The position numbers and the translations under genes are program-made. A model generated the notes under the pieces. The model was not told the origin of the DNA. It did no database searches and saw only the letters and a program-made list of their open reading frames with translations. From a virus: DNA of 64,000 nt. Shown piece by piece: positions 45,880 to 53,169 of this stretch. Each line of letters begins with the position of its first letter. The first letter of the stretch is position 1. The DNA is taken from IMG/VR virus record IMGVR_UViG_3300048914_000195, one strand, 5' to 3'.

Positions 45880-45906
45880 CAGGCACTTTTCTCGTAAAAG
45901 CGCCTG
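45880..45906 (-). terminator. terminator-like hairpin after 45941..46180
   Basis: Minus sense: CAGGCGCTTTT-ACGAG-AAAAGTGCCTG (11 bp, one mismatch) followed by TTTGCTTTCTGG. Confidence 0.45.
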
Positions 45907-45940
45907 CCGCTTTCGTTCTGGATATGGTAGGTTTTTGGAT

Positions 45941-46180
45941 TTAAGAAATAGTATCAGCATTTAGGTGTACTTTGATATCAAATTTGTAGCCCGCATTTTC
46001 TACTTCCTGTAGAATGCGTTGAAGCGTAATTGTTTTGTCGTTACGCGAAGATGTGCGATATCCTGGATAGTAAAGGTACCTTAGCCGGCTAGAAAGATCT
46101 GGATTGTTGTTCAGTACTTCCTCAAACGCTTTTGCTAATTCCGGGAATCGGCTTCTAAGTATATCTTGCCTGTACCTCAT
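45941..46180 (-). CDS. hypothetical protein (79 aa)
   Basis: Track ORF, followed by a hairpin. Confidence 0.5.
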   Translation of the reverse strand: MRYRQDILRSRFPELAKAFEEVLNNNPDLSSRLRYLYYPGYRTSSRNDKTITLQRILQEVENAGYKFDIKVHLNADTIS

Positions 46181-46389
46181 TCCTTTTTAGGCGAATTTAC
46201 GCATTTATTTTCATCTGCGCAAATCAGTATTGACAACACCGCCTTCAATCCGATAGCTGCTCCTAATGCTGACGCAATCCATGTTGCGTCAGCCTGGATC
46301 AATACGTCATCGACCCCTGAATTACAGTATAGGATTAGGGCAAAAGACATTTCAATAATTCCTTGAATGACTATTCTGAAATATTTCAT
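46177..46389 (-). CDS. small membrane protein (70 aa)
   Basis: Track ORF with two hydrophobic segments and ATGA overlaps on both sides. Confidence 0.5.
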   Translation of the reverse strand: MKYFRIVIQGIIEMSFALILYCNSGVDDVLIQADATWIASALGAAIGLKAVLSILICADENKCVNSPKKE

Positions 46390-46517
46390 TTAGATAATTT
46401 AAACGATGACAAAATAACCCCAGTGATTGCGGCAAGTATCACCCATGCGGCGTACGTCTCTATAAAGCAGGACGTGTATAAGAAAGCCACGAAAGCTGCC
46501 ATTAATATCACTTTCAT
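46386..46517 (-). CDS. small membrane peptide (43 aa), below track cutoff
   Basis: Manual translation gives MKVILMAAFVAFLYTSCFIETYAAWVILAAITGVILSSFKLSK. It has an ATGA overlap with both neighbours. Confidence 0.4.
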   Translation of the reverse strand: MKVILMAAFVAFLYTSCFIETYAAWVILAAITGVILSSFKLSK

Positions 46518-46756
46518 TTGTCTTGTACGATTAAGCTCATGTCTGAGCGGGTGCCACAATACCTTGAAATTTTGTAGTATCGATTCATTGTTTCGATTAG
46601 GTCGTGAACCAATCCCGGCCCCTTCACTTCACTGGCTAGTTTAAAGAACATATCAGATGTTTCTAGCGCAGCAGCGGATAATTTAGACCAGCGACTTGCT
46701 GATTTTATTTGTTGTGCTGTTGGCACCATTTTGTGCCAGTTATGAATTCTTTTCAT
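46514..46756 (-). CDS. hypothetical protein (80 aa)
   Basis: Track ORF, tightly packed. Confidence 0.5.
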   Translation of the reverse strand: MKRIHNWHKMVPTAQQIKSASRWSKLSAAALETSDMFFKLASEVKGPGLVHDLIETMNRYYKISRYCGTRSDMSLIVQDK

Positions 46757-46757
46757 T

Positions 46758-46952
46758 TTATTCTGGTTTTGGTCTGGTGATGCATGGCGGTTCTACAGAA
46801 ATAGAAGCGCCTTTATGTCCTTTAGGGACGTAAGATATATGGCCGATGTCAGGCGCAATCTTTACACATTCGCAATGTGGGCATTTATACCACCATCCAT
46901 ACCCTGACAAGCTATCCCACTCATGCTTTATTATCTGTCCTTTCTGTGGCAT
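46758..46952 (-). CDS. small Cys-containing protein, EPPCITR family (copy 1)
   Basis: KHEW...CPHC...EPPCITRPK. Paralogous to 49841..50032 and 50131..50331. Confidence 0.6.
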   Translation of the reverse strand: MPQKGQIIKHEWDSLSGYGWWYKCPHCECVKIAPDIGHISYVPKGHKGASISVEPPCITRPKPE

Positions 46953-46961
46953 CTGATTCGT

Positions 46962-47171
46962 TTATGGGTGTATGTAGTCTTTACGTTCAAGAAATGCAAC
47001 CCCTGTTTCAGTAATTATATTCCATCCATTCCCAAATCTCACCGCAAGTCCCTTTTTGACTAATTGATCTCTATCTGACTTACTGATCAGATCACCGTCC
47101 CACGTCAAGAACATTAATTGCATCAGCTGGTCATAAAATGAACTTACCGGGTGTTTATTTACATAACGCAT
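46962..47171 (-). CDS. hypothetical protein (69 aa)
   Basis: Track ORF, preceded by AGGAGG-N7-ATG. Confidence 0.55.
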   Translation of the reverse strand: MRYVNKHPVSSFYDQLMQLMFLTWDGDLISKSDRDQLVKKGLAVRFGNGWNIITETGVAFLERKDYIHP

Positions 47172-47434
47172 TACTCTTCCTCCTTTTTGCCTTCTGTGGC
47201 ATCGTTATTTTTATATGGGCAATCTTGGATAAGCTCCAGAAACACTTTTGGAGCAGCACTCCATCCAGGATCGTTATCCGCAGACATAAGCTGTCCTCCA
47301 TTAAGAACGGTAAATGTTGTGCCATGGTCGGGCTCAAAGTATACCGCTCCCTCAATCAGCTCATTGTTAGTTTCTATACTGAAAAGACAACCATCTATGC
47401 TTATCATGGATGCCTCAATACGTTTATTACTCAT
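47171..47434 (-). CDS. hypothetical protein (87 aa), KKEEE C-terminus
   Basis: Track ORF, preceded by AGGAGG-N7-ATG. Its own last codons encode the SD for the next gene. Confidence 0.55.
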   Translation of the reverse strand: MSNKRIEASMISIDGCLFSIETNNELIEGAVYFEPDHGTTFTVLNGGQLMSADNDPGWSAAPKVFLELIQDCPYKNNDATEGKKEEE

Positions 47435-47473
47435 TATTATTCCTCCTTTTGCGGGATGTACCCGTTTTGTTTG

Positions 47474-48031
47474 TTAATAACCTCCGCTGTCCGGATCATT
47501 GTAAGTAGGCACCCATTCCCCTTCGTCCGCATCATTATTGGGAATAAGGCCGCGTTCAGCCATATATTTATTGATGAAGTCATCCCTATCCCATGACCCA
47601 TCACTATCAATATTGTCCAGCAGGGCCAGTTTAACACGCTTTGCCATCTCCGATATCGCGACGCGTGCGCATGGAGTCAAGGTTTCTGACAGACTTGATA
47701 TAGCTTTCTTTACGAACGGAGAAGTCCAGTCTAGGACGTTATTTTCGAATAAATCGAAGTTAAAACAAGAGGCAAGTTGCCGGTAATTCTTCTCATACTG
47801 CGCCTTTGCCATGTCTTCCGCTACCCGGCGCACTTCCGATTCGTGTAGATCTGGCAAAGTAACATACCCAGTCGTGTCGGCACCCGGAGTGGGGAATGTA
47901 TCTCCGGTACACCATTTCCAGCCAGAAGGAGGGCCGATTACTTTTTCCCAATAACCGCCCATTATAGCCCATGCCTTGGTGCCTATTGGATATTCTGACC
48001 AATCACGGTCTTTCTTGATCTTTGTGTCCAT
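47474..48031 (-). CDS. hypothetical protein (185 aa), Y.K..G.IP-tail family (copy 1)
   Basis: The C-terminus FINKYMAERGLIPNNDADEGEW aligns with the ends of 50830..51069 and 51099..51428. It is preceded by GC-rich element 48032-48056. Confidence 0.6.
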   Translation of the reverse strand: MDTKIKKDRDWSEYPIGTKAWAIMGGYWEKVIGPPSGWKWCTGDTFPTPGADTTGYVTLPDLHESEVRRVAEDMAKAQYEKNYRQLASCFNFDLFENNVLDWTSPFVKKAISSLSETLTPCARVAISEMAKRVKLALLDNIDSDGSWDRDDFINKYMAERGLIPNNDADEGEWVPTYNDPDSGGY

Positions 48032-48056
48032 TTTATCGCGTACCGCGCCCGGTTGA
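48032..48056 (-). repeat. GC-rich intercistronic element, type 1 (copy a)
   Basis: It fills the whole stop-to-ATG spacer. Minus sense: TCAACCGGGCGCGGTACGCGATAAA. It shares the 16-nt core CCGGGCGCGGTACGCG with 51560-51585. Confidence 0.7.
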
Positions 48057-48296
48057 TTAGTCGGCCATGCCGATAGTGGTTAATGAAGAGATGTCACATA
48101 ATATTTTTTCTCCTGGCGTGTCGGAGAGAGATTTAGCGTTTTCAATATCCTCATTTGTGGTAGCAGTTAAAGTTGCCCCAATTTTTTCAGAGAACAAGTG
48201 GACACAAATCTTCCCATCAACTACTTTTTCTGTGTGGTAGGTTCTTCCTATGCGTCCATTACTACACTTTACTATATATCCAGAATTCTTTCCCAT
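48057..48296 (-). CDS. hypothetical protein (79 aa)
   Basis: Track ORF flanked by the two GC-rich elements. Confidence 0.55.
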   Translation of the reverse strand: MGKNSGYIVKCSNGRIGRTYHTEKVVDGKICVHLFSEKIGATLTATTNEDIENAKSLSDTPGEKILCDISSLTTIGMAD

Positions 48297-48322
48297 TATC
48301 GTTGCGTGAACCCGCCGGTGGT
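48297..48322 (-). repeat. GC-rich intercistronic element, type 2 (copy a)
   Basis: It fills the whole stop-to-ATG spacer. Minus sense: ACCACCGGCGGGTTCACGCAACGATA. It shares a 21-nt identical core with 51889-51916. Confidence 0.7.
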
Positions 48323-48586
48323 TTAAAAAAATGATCGGAATAGATCAGCAAGCAGCATTGCTTCAACTTGTCGTCTCTTTATTTCTTCTTTTTGTTGTTT
48401 CTCATACTCCAGGATGTCCCTTTGCTCCTGTTCAATTGAAAACTTAGTGCGCTCAAATTTTTCACACTTAGACGCACCTATCGAATTGTACTTCTTATTG
48501 ACTCGATCTCCCGGCTCGCGGGGACATTGCTGAGTCATATATAAATTGCAGTGACCACACCGGTCATAACGTTTGAATGCATTCAT
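48323..48586 (-). CDS. hypothetical protein (87 aa), Cys-rich N-terminus
   Basis: Track ORF. RCGHCNLYMTQQCPREPG...KCEKF suggests a small zinc-binding motif. Confidence 0.55.
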   Translation of the reverse strand: MNAFKRYDRCGHCNLYMTQQCPREPGDRVNKKYNSIGASKCEKFERTKFSIEQEQRDILEYEKQQKEEIKRRQVEAMLLADLFRSFF

Positions 48587-48596
48587 CTTTCTAAGA

Positions 48597-48884
48597 TTAC
48601 AAATGTTTTAAAATCGCCTCGCAAAAAGCCATGTCTATGTTCTGGGTCATGAAGGCATCCACATCCACTTTTTCGGTTTCGGATGGACTGTCTATCTTTT
48701 GAACGACAAGCATGCCATCCCGGAATCCCTCAATGAATCCGCATTTAAACATAGGAATGAGAAGTTCATTAAGCCACCATGATTTATACATACCATTCAG
48801 TAGGATGGTAAGGTGAGATGGGGTCGTTAGGTCACTCCAATAGCATGCTGTGATTTCTGCATGTTCGTACTCTTGTTTTGTCAT
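48597..48884 (-). CDS. hypothetical protein (95 aa)
   Basis: Track ORF, tightly packed. Confidence 0.55.
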   Translation of the reverse strand: MTKQEYEHAEITACYWSDLTTPSHLTILLNGMYKSWWLNELLIPMFKCGFIEGFRDGMLVVQKIDSPSETEKVDVDAFMTQNIDMAFCEAILKHL

Positions 48885-48896
48885 GACTTTACAATT

Positions 48897-49094
48897 TTAA
48901 AAGTCAGCGTCTGGTGATTCCGGCCAATATGGCTCATTGTCTAACACAGAATGCCCAAGGTCGTTAAAGCGTTTGTCCGGCAGTTCTGGTGCATACAGTC
49001 TTCTCTCGTGAAATGGTAAGCAATTGTATGTTTCCTCTGTAATGCGAATGTGTCGCAAGGATGTTTGAACGTGTGAATCAATTAATCTGTACAT
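48897..49094 (-). CDS. hypothetical protein (65 aa)
   Basis: Track ORF, tightly packed. Confidence 0.5.
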   Translation of the reverse strand: MYRLIDSHVQTSLRHIRITEETYNCLPFHERRLYAPELPDKRFNDLGHSVLDNEPYWPESPDADF

Positions 49095-49114
49095 GGTATA
49101 TTTTTTTTGGTTGA

Positions 49115-49513
49115 CTATAATACTTTGATTATTTCATATCCGCGTACTTTCAGGCGGTCGAAGCCTGGCAGATAGTATTTATCCTCCAATGGGCGCATTA
49201 CGGTGGCGTCGCCTCGTTGTACTCTTACCCCCCTTCGGTATAGCTTTATTCCGTCTATTTCGGCCCCCTTGACGTCCTTTGTTGCCCCAAGAGCAACTAT
49301 TGGATCCTCTGATACAACCCTGTTTTGGTAAGAAAGGATGCCCCGCTCGTATACATCTACCCGGTAACCGGTTCTAGTGATAAACCCATGTATGATGGCC
49401 ACTATTTCACGGTCTTTGTTTAGCACTACATGGCAGGACATCCTTTTTGCTTCTCTGTTTTCTGTGATAGGCTTAAACCCCATAAACGCACATTTCCTTT
49501 TCGTATTGTTCAA
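49115..49513 (-). CDS. hypothetical protein (132 aa)
   Basis: Track ORF. The start is uncertain because it overlaps the upstream ORF by 41 nt, and alternative in-frame ATGs exist. Confidence 0.5.
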   Translation of the reverse strand: MNNTKRKCAFMGFKPITENREAKRMSCHVVLNKDREIVAIIHGFITRTGYRVDVYERGILSYQNRVVSEDPIVALGATKDVKGAEIDGIKLYRRGVRVQRGDATVMRPLEDKYYLPGFDRLKVRGYEIIKVL

Positions 49514-49685
49514 AATAGCTACTAAGTAGCGTTTTTTTCTCTTTGGGTGTCAGTCGGATACCAATATCAGCTTCTACGGCTCGGATGAATACCTTTAGGT
49601 TCCCTATGATGGTATCATCATTAGAGCATTCAAATGTCTTTTCTAATAGAGCATTCAGCTCGTCTGTTAACTCGATGTTTTTCAT
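49473..49685 (-). CDS. hypothetical protein (70 aa)
   Basis: Track ORF, first gene after a 155-nt spacer that contains hairpins. Confidence 0.5.
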   Translation of the reverse strand: MKNIELTDELNALLEKTFECSNDDTIIGNLKVFIRAVEADIGIRLTPKEKKTLLSSYFEQYEKEMCVYGV

Positions 49686-49840
49686 GTGTTTTGTTTTTGA
49701 GGTATATATACAAAATTTGCTCCATTTAAGTATTGGGCAGCGGCTAAAGACGCCGCCCGTTGCTTATGCCATTATTTGCTGGCCCAAGCTGCACTGAATT
49801 TTATGCCAGCAAATTTCTTACGCATACAGATGCACTTATT

Positions 49841-50032
49841 CTAACCGGTTTTTTTTTCAATGTCGGGTTGTTTGGGCCTGGTGATGCATGGTGGTTCTTT
49901 GGCCGTATAGTTGCCATCTTTTTCAAGGTACACCTCCTGTACCTGATCATACAACACTACGCAATGCTTACACTTGATCCAATCCTTTGCGCCACGAAGC
50001 TTTTTCCACTCATGTTGCTGTACTGTCTCCAT
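49841..50032 (-). CDS. small Cys-containing protein, EPPCITR family (copy 2)
   Basis: QHEW...CKHC...EPPCITRPK. Confidence 0.6.
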   Translation of the reverse strand: METVQQHEWKKLRGAKDWIKCKHCVVLYDQVQEVYLEKDGNYTAKEPPCITRPKQPDIEKKTG

Positions 50033-50130
50033 CTGCTTAAAGTTTATTTCCCTTTCTTATTTTCCTTATATTGTCGGCTATATGCCAAAGTGCGAGCATT
50101 GCAAGGAAAGCTATAACAGCGAAAAAATCA

Positions 50131-50331
50131 TTATAATTTCTTTCCATCTGTTTGTGTTTTACGGGTGATGCATGGAGGTTCATAATTTACCCTTATATAG
50201 CCTCTTAGAAAATACTGCCATGAGTTATGTTCTTTTATGCGTACATGGGTACAATGCGGGCAATTTTGCTCATGAACTATTTTACCTTTTGCTACCGTTG
50301 TCCACTCATGCTTTGTTATATGTCCTTTCAT
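50131..50331 (-). CDS. small Cys-containing protein, EPPCITR family (copy 3)
   Basis: KHEW...CPHC...EPPCITRK. Confidence 0.6.
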   Translation of the reverse strand: MKGHITKHEWTTVAKGKIVHEQNCPHCTHVRIKEHNSWQYFLRGYIRVNYEPPCITRKTQTDGKKL

Positions 50332-50573
50332 ATATTGTGGTTGTAGTAATTACCTTTATGGCACTTCATGCCTTGATATTCTGCCGGAGATGCTCTTCTC
50401 CAATAATTAGATGGGCGATATTGTTCTCCTTTTTCTATGAAACGCATTTTCCCACGCTGTATTTCTTCTCCATCTGCTGTTGTAAAAGAAGTATGGCAAA
50501 TCATCCACCTATTTTGTATATCAGCAATGTCTTTAAAGATTTCCTGGATTGTTATCTGTCCTTTCTGTGGCAT
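50328..50573 (-). CDS. hypothetical protein (81 aa) sharing the MPQKGQI N-terminus of 46758..46952
   Basis: Track ORF. Only the N-terminal heptapeptide is shared with EPPCITR copy 1. Confidence 0.5.
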   Translation of the reverse strand: MPQKGQITIQEIFKDIADIQNRWMICHTSFTTADGEEIQRGKMRFIEKGEQYRPSNYWRRASPAEYQGMKCHKGNYYNHNI

Positions 50574-50575
50574 CG

Positions 50576-50830
50576 TTAAAGTATTTTCAGTGAATTAGAA
50601 TAAGGCACATAGTCTGACCTCACTTCTTTAACGTAAATCACTTTATGATGCTTATCCGCGCCAAGGTAAGTGTGAAATATAGCTACTACCTCAAAGAAAT
50701 GTTGTTTATTAAGGCTTACAATATGATCGCCCTTGCTAATGGACATTAACTCTTTTGCAGTATGGTGATACCAATCCTTTCGTTTATTGTCCTCTGCATT
50801 TATAATGTCTATGTGTGTTTCATAACTCAT
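50576..50830 (-). CDS. hypothetical protein (84 aa)
   Basis: Track ORF, preceded by AGGAGG-N7-ATG. Confidence 0.5.
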   Translation of the reverse strand: MSYETHIDIINAEDNKRKDWYHHTAKELMSISKGDHIVSLNKQHFFEVVAIFHTYLGADKHHKVIYVKEVRSDYVPYSNSLKIL

Positions 50831-51069
50831 TACTGTTCCTCCTTTTCCGGGATGTACCCGTTTTGTTTGAGATAAGTATCAGGGTCTATGTCCCTGTCAC
50901 CAACCAGGTATTCAAAGGCCTCCCTTATCGCATCTGCCTGCATTTCAATTGCTCTTTTTGCGGCAGCTGGCCAATGAAGATTTTCAATTGTTTCCCTATA
51001 AGGTGTATAACAGGTGCCAGATGCATGTAGGCTCCTTGATACTTTATTCAGTCTTTCTTCGTACGTCAT
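50830..51069 (-). CDS. hypothetical protein (79 aa), Y.K..G.IP-tail family (copy 2)
   Basis: It ends in YLKQNGYIPEKEEQ. The last codons contain AAAGGAGGAA. Confidence 0.55.
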   Translation of the reverse strand: MTYEERLNKVSRSLHASGTCYTPYRETIENLHWPAAAKRAIEMQADAIREAFEYLVGDRDIDPDTYLKQNGYIPEKEEQ

Positions 51070-51098
51070 TATTCGCTGGTATCCGTAGCCAGTGCGGT

Positions 51099-51428
51099 TT
51101 AGTGTCCTGGACCCATTGCATGTGGCCCACTGGGATTATCATTGAATTGTTGTTCCGGATCGTAATCAGCTGAAAACAGGCCGCGTTGTTTGGCATAATG
51201 AACGCCGTCTTCAATGTCTGTTATGTATGGGTTGTTCAGTTTCCAGCACTCCATCCATACAGCCGCCATGTTTTCGACCATTGCGCGAGCAGCTGGCAAT
51301 TCAAGATCAATAAAAAAAGACTTTTCGTCATCTTTAGAAGTTGAAAGGTCACATTCAATGTGATGACTTGCCAGCGTCTCCGCTATCTCCCGCACCAGCT
51401 TTTCGTGCGCGTCGTTCTGTGTACTCAT
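51099..51428 (-). CDS. hypothetical protein (109 aa), Y.K..G.IP-tail family (copy 3)
   Basis: The C-terminus HYAKQRGLFSADYDPEQQ aligns with copy 1. Confidence 0.55.
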   Translation of the reverse strand: MSTQNDAHEKLVREIAETLASHHIECDLSTSKDDEKSFFIDLELPAARAMVENMAAVWMECWKLNNPYITDIEDGVHYAKQRGLFSADYDPEQQFNDNPSGPHAMGPGH

Positions 51429-51559
51429 GGTTTTGTATTTATTACTACTACATCATAATCAACCTCTGCCCCTGTTACAAAATGACCAAAGTCGGTTTGA
51501 ACTTCTGATTTTGGTGGAAAAGACTGTAATATTTGTATTAAATCCTCGACTGTAATCAT
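51425..51559 (-). CDS. small ORF (44 aa), below track cutoff
   Basis: Manual translation gives MITVEDLIQILQSFPPKSEVQTDFGHFVTGAEVDYDVVVINTKP. It starts right after element 51560-51585 and has an ATGA overlap with 51099..51428. Confidence 0.4.
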   Translation of the reverse strand: MITVEDLIQILQSFPPKSEVQTDFGHFVTGAEVDYDVVVINTKP

Positions 51560-51585
51560 GTTACCGCGTACCGCGCCCGGGTGGT
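51560..51585 (-). repeat. GC-rich intercistronic element, type 1 (copy b)
   Basis: Minus sense: ACCACCCGGGCGCGGTACGCGGTAAC. It fills the whole stop-to-ATG spacer. Confidence 0.7.
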
Positions 51586-51888
51586 TTAGTCATCAATAAA
51601 TTGTGTTTCCAGCATCCCAAAGTAGGCGCAGATGTCCCCTGCTAGATCAAACTCAGTCAAATCAAAAAGCCATTCTTCTGCACCTCGTTCGATCACAAAA
51701 GCAAACCAAATTCCGATTTGCATTTCACCAGGCAGATCGTGGAACTTGGCTTTTGGTATAAATCCAGTCCATCCGACTCTATGCTTATAGTCGTCTACCC
51801 AATCACAAAATAGCTGGGTCGCTTTTGGATACCTCTCCATCATCTCATTGAAGAGATTCTCTTTATTGACGTTTTCGATAATGATCAT
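51586..51888 (-). CDS. hypothetical protein (100 aa)
   Basis: Track ORF flanked by the two GC-rich elements (copies b). Confidence 0.55.
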   Translation of the reverse strand: MIIIENVNKENLFNEMMERYPKATQLFCDWVDDYKHRVGWTGFIPKAKFHDLPGEMQIGIWFAFVIERGAEEWLFDLTEFDLAGDICAYFGMLETQFIDD

Positions 51889-51916
51889 AATTTATTGCGT
51901 GAACCCGCCGGTGGTT
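51889..51916 (-). repeat. GC-rich intercistronic element, type 2 (copy b)
   Basis: Minus sense: AACCACCGGCGGGTTCACGCAATAAATT. It fills the whole stop-to-ATG spacer. Confidence 0.7.
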
Positions 51917-52006
51917 TTAGAATTTAAGATTTCCTGCTATCCAGACCACCAAGCAAACACCTGCGATCAGCATAAGCAAGAATAGAATCCAGTACTTTAG
52001 TTTCAT
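51917..52006 (-). CDS. small hydrophobic peptide (29 aa), below track cutoff
   Basis: Manual translation gives MKLKYWILFLLMLIAGVCLVVWIAGNLKF. It has an ATGA overlap with the stop of 52003..52305. Confidence 0.35.
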   Translation of the reverse strand: MKLKYWILFLLMLIAGVCLVVWIAGNLKF

Positions 52007-52305
52007 GGTTTGAAATTTAAAAGACTGTCAGCAATTGGGCACCAGAAATTGCAGCGCCAGGAAGTACCGGACGCATCTCTGAATGTATAGGCGTTTTCAT
52101 ACTCTCCTATAATCCAGCTGCCGTCAACGGTGACGCACAAATACATCTCATCTTTGTCTACAGGTAACCGTTCTGTTACCAGTATCCAATTCGGTTGACC
52201 CGCTTCGAAACCGGATACGAACGCATCACCGATAGCTTTAGTCGCTGTTTCGTCCGATAGGGCAGAGCAGTACTTAACTGCGAGATCGTGTGCTGTCTGG
52301 TTCAT
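52003..52305 (-). CDS. hypothetical protein, DUF551-like
   Basis: WILVTERLPVDKDEMYLCV resembles the DUF551 W....d.LP motif. Confidence 0.5.
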   Translation of the reverse strand: MNQTAHDLAVKYCSALSDETATKAIGDAFVSGFEAGQPNWILVTERLPVDKDEMYLCVTVDGSWIIGEYENAYTFRDASGTSWRCNFWCPIADSLLNFKP

Positions 52306-52532
52306 CGCTTTTGAATTGCTTTTTTACAAAAAGGTTTAATGTAAATCACCTCTTTAGTCACTGTATTGACTACTGTCACATGGGGATCTTCCTCTATCGT
52401 TAGTCTTTGCGCAAAATCCCCACCGGTCCGGCGAATATTAGATGCCAATCTTTTTGCTGCTGACTTGTCAGTATCCCAGCCATGTGGATAGGTAAAGTGT
52501 TTCGTAACAACGTTAATATCATACATCGGCAT
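52302..52532 (-). CDS. hypothetical protein (76 aa)
   Basis: Track ORF with an ATGA overlap with the downstream gene. Confidence 0.5.
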   Translation of the reverse strand: MPMYDINVVTKHFTYPHGWDTDKSAAKRLASNIRRTGGDFAQRLTIEEDPHVTVVNTVTKEVIYIKPFCKKAIQKR

Positions 52533-52576
52533 TGTTCACATTCCGGCATATCGCTGCCAGGCGGCGTTTTGTTTGA

Positions 52577-52795
52577 TTAAATGTTTGTATGGGTAGGTAA
52601 CGACGCGGATATCTCTTCTATTGTGTACGGGTTAGAAGATTTCGCGTGCTTCATTACAATAACTTCGTCTGCTATTACTGACGAGTCAATAGATTGAAAG
52701 TAAGCAACTGCTACCTCTTTCGTGAATACTTTTACTGTTTTCAGTACACCCAGTACGACACAGCTATAGTCAAATGTTTTCCTTAGTGAGATCAT
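52577..52795 (-). CDS. hypothetical protein (72 aa)
   Basis: Track ORF, followed by a 44-nt spacer with the GC hairpin CGCCGCCTGGCAGCG. Confidence 0.45.
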   Translation of the reverse strand: MISLRKTFDYSCVVLGVLKTVKVFTKEVAVAYFQSIDSSVIADEVIVMKHAKSSNPYTIEEISASLPTHTNI

Positions 52796-53159
52796 CGCGT
52801 TTTGAGTTTAAAAGGGTAGATAAATATTTTCTAAAGAGAAGTTCTATATATTCCCATTCAAATTGTACAGCATACTCATGCGGCAGTATCAACACCGTCT
52901 TACAATCTCTGCTTATAAAGCATGTTTTAATGTCAGATCGCCTGGCGGATATGTTCTTTAACTCATGGGGACACAGGTCAATATGTATCCCATCTGGTGA
53001 TATTAAAGAGATGACATCCTTTGTTGTGCTATATCCTACAATGCCCAGCAGTTTGTAGTTATTATATAACAACTTCGCGATGAATTTAGCAATAAACTCG
53101 TCCATCCTACTTGACGGAACATTACTCAGTAAAAATTGCTCATATTCCGATTTAAACAT
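52770..53159 (-). CDS. hypothetical protein (129 aa)
   Basis: Track ORF. Confidence 0.5.
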   Translation of the reverse strand: MFKSEYEQFLLSNVPSSRMDEFIAKFIAKLLYNNYKLLGIVGYSTTKDVISLISPDGIHIDLCPHELKNISARRSDIKTCFISRDCKTVLILPHEYAVQFEWEYIELLFRKYLSTLLNSKRDDLTKENI

Positions 53160-53169
53160 GTCGATTCTT

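Noticed and set aside
47437-47637. 66-aa ORF overlapping the end of 47474..48031, considered as a programmed frameshift product
   Set aside because: Only its last ~14 codons (KQNGYIPQKEE) resemble anything, namely the tail of 50830..51069. The rest is hydrophobic nonsense antisense-like sequence. It is best read as a relic tail retained because it encodes the SD for ATG 47434.
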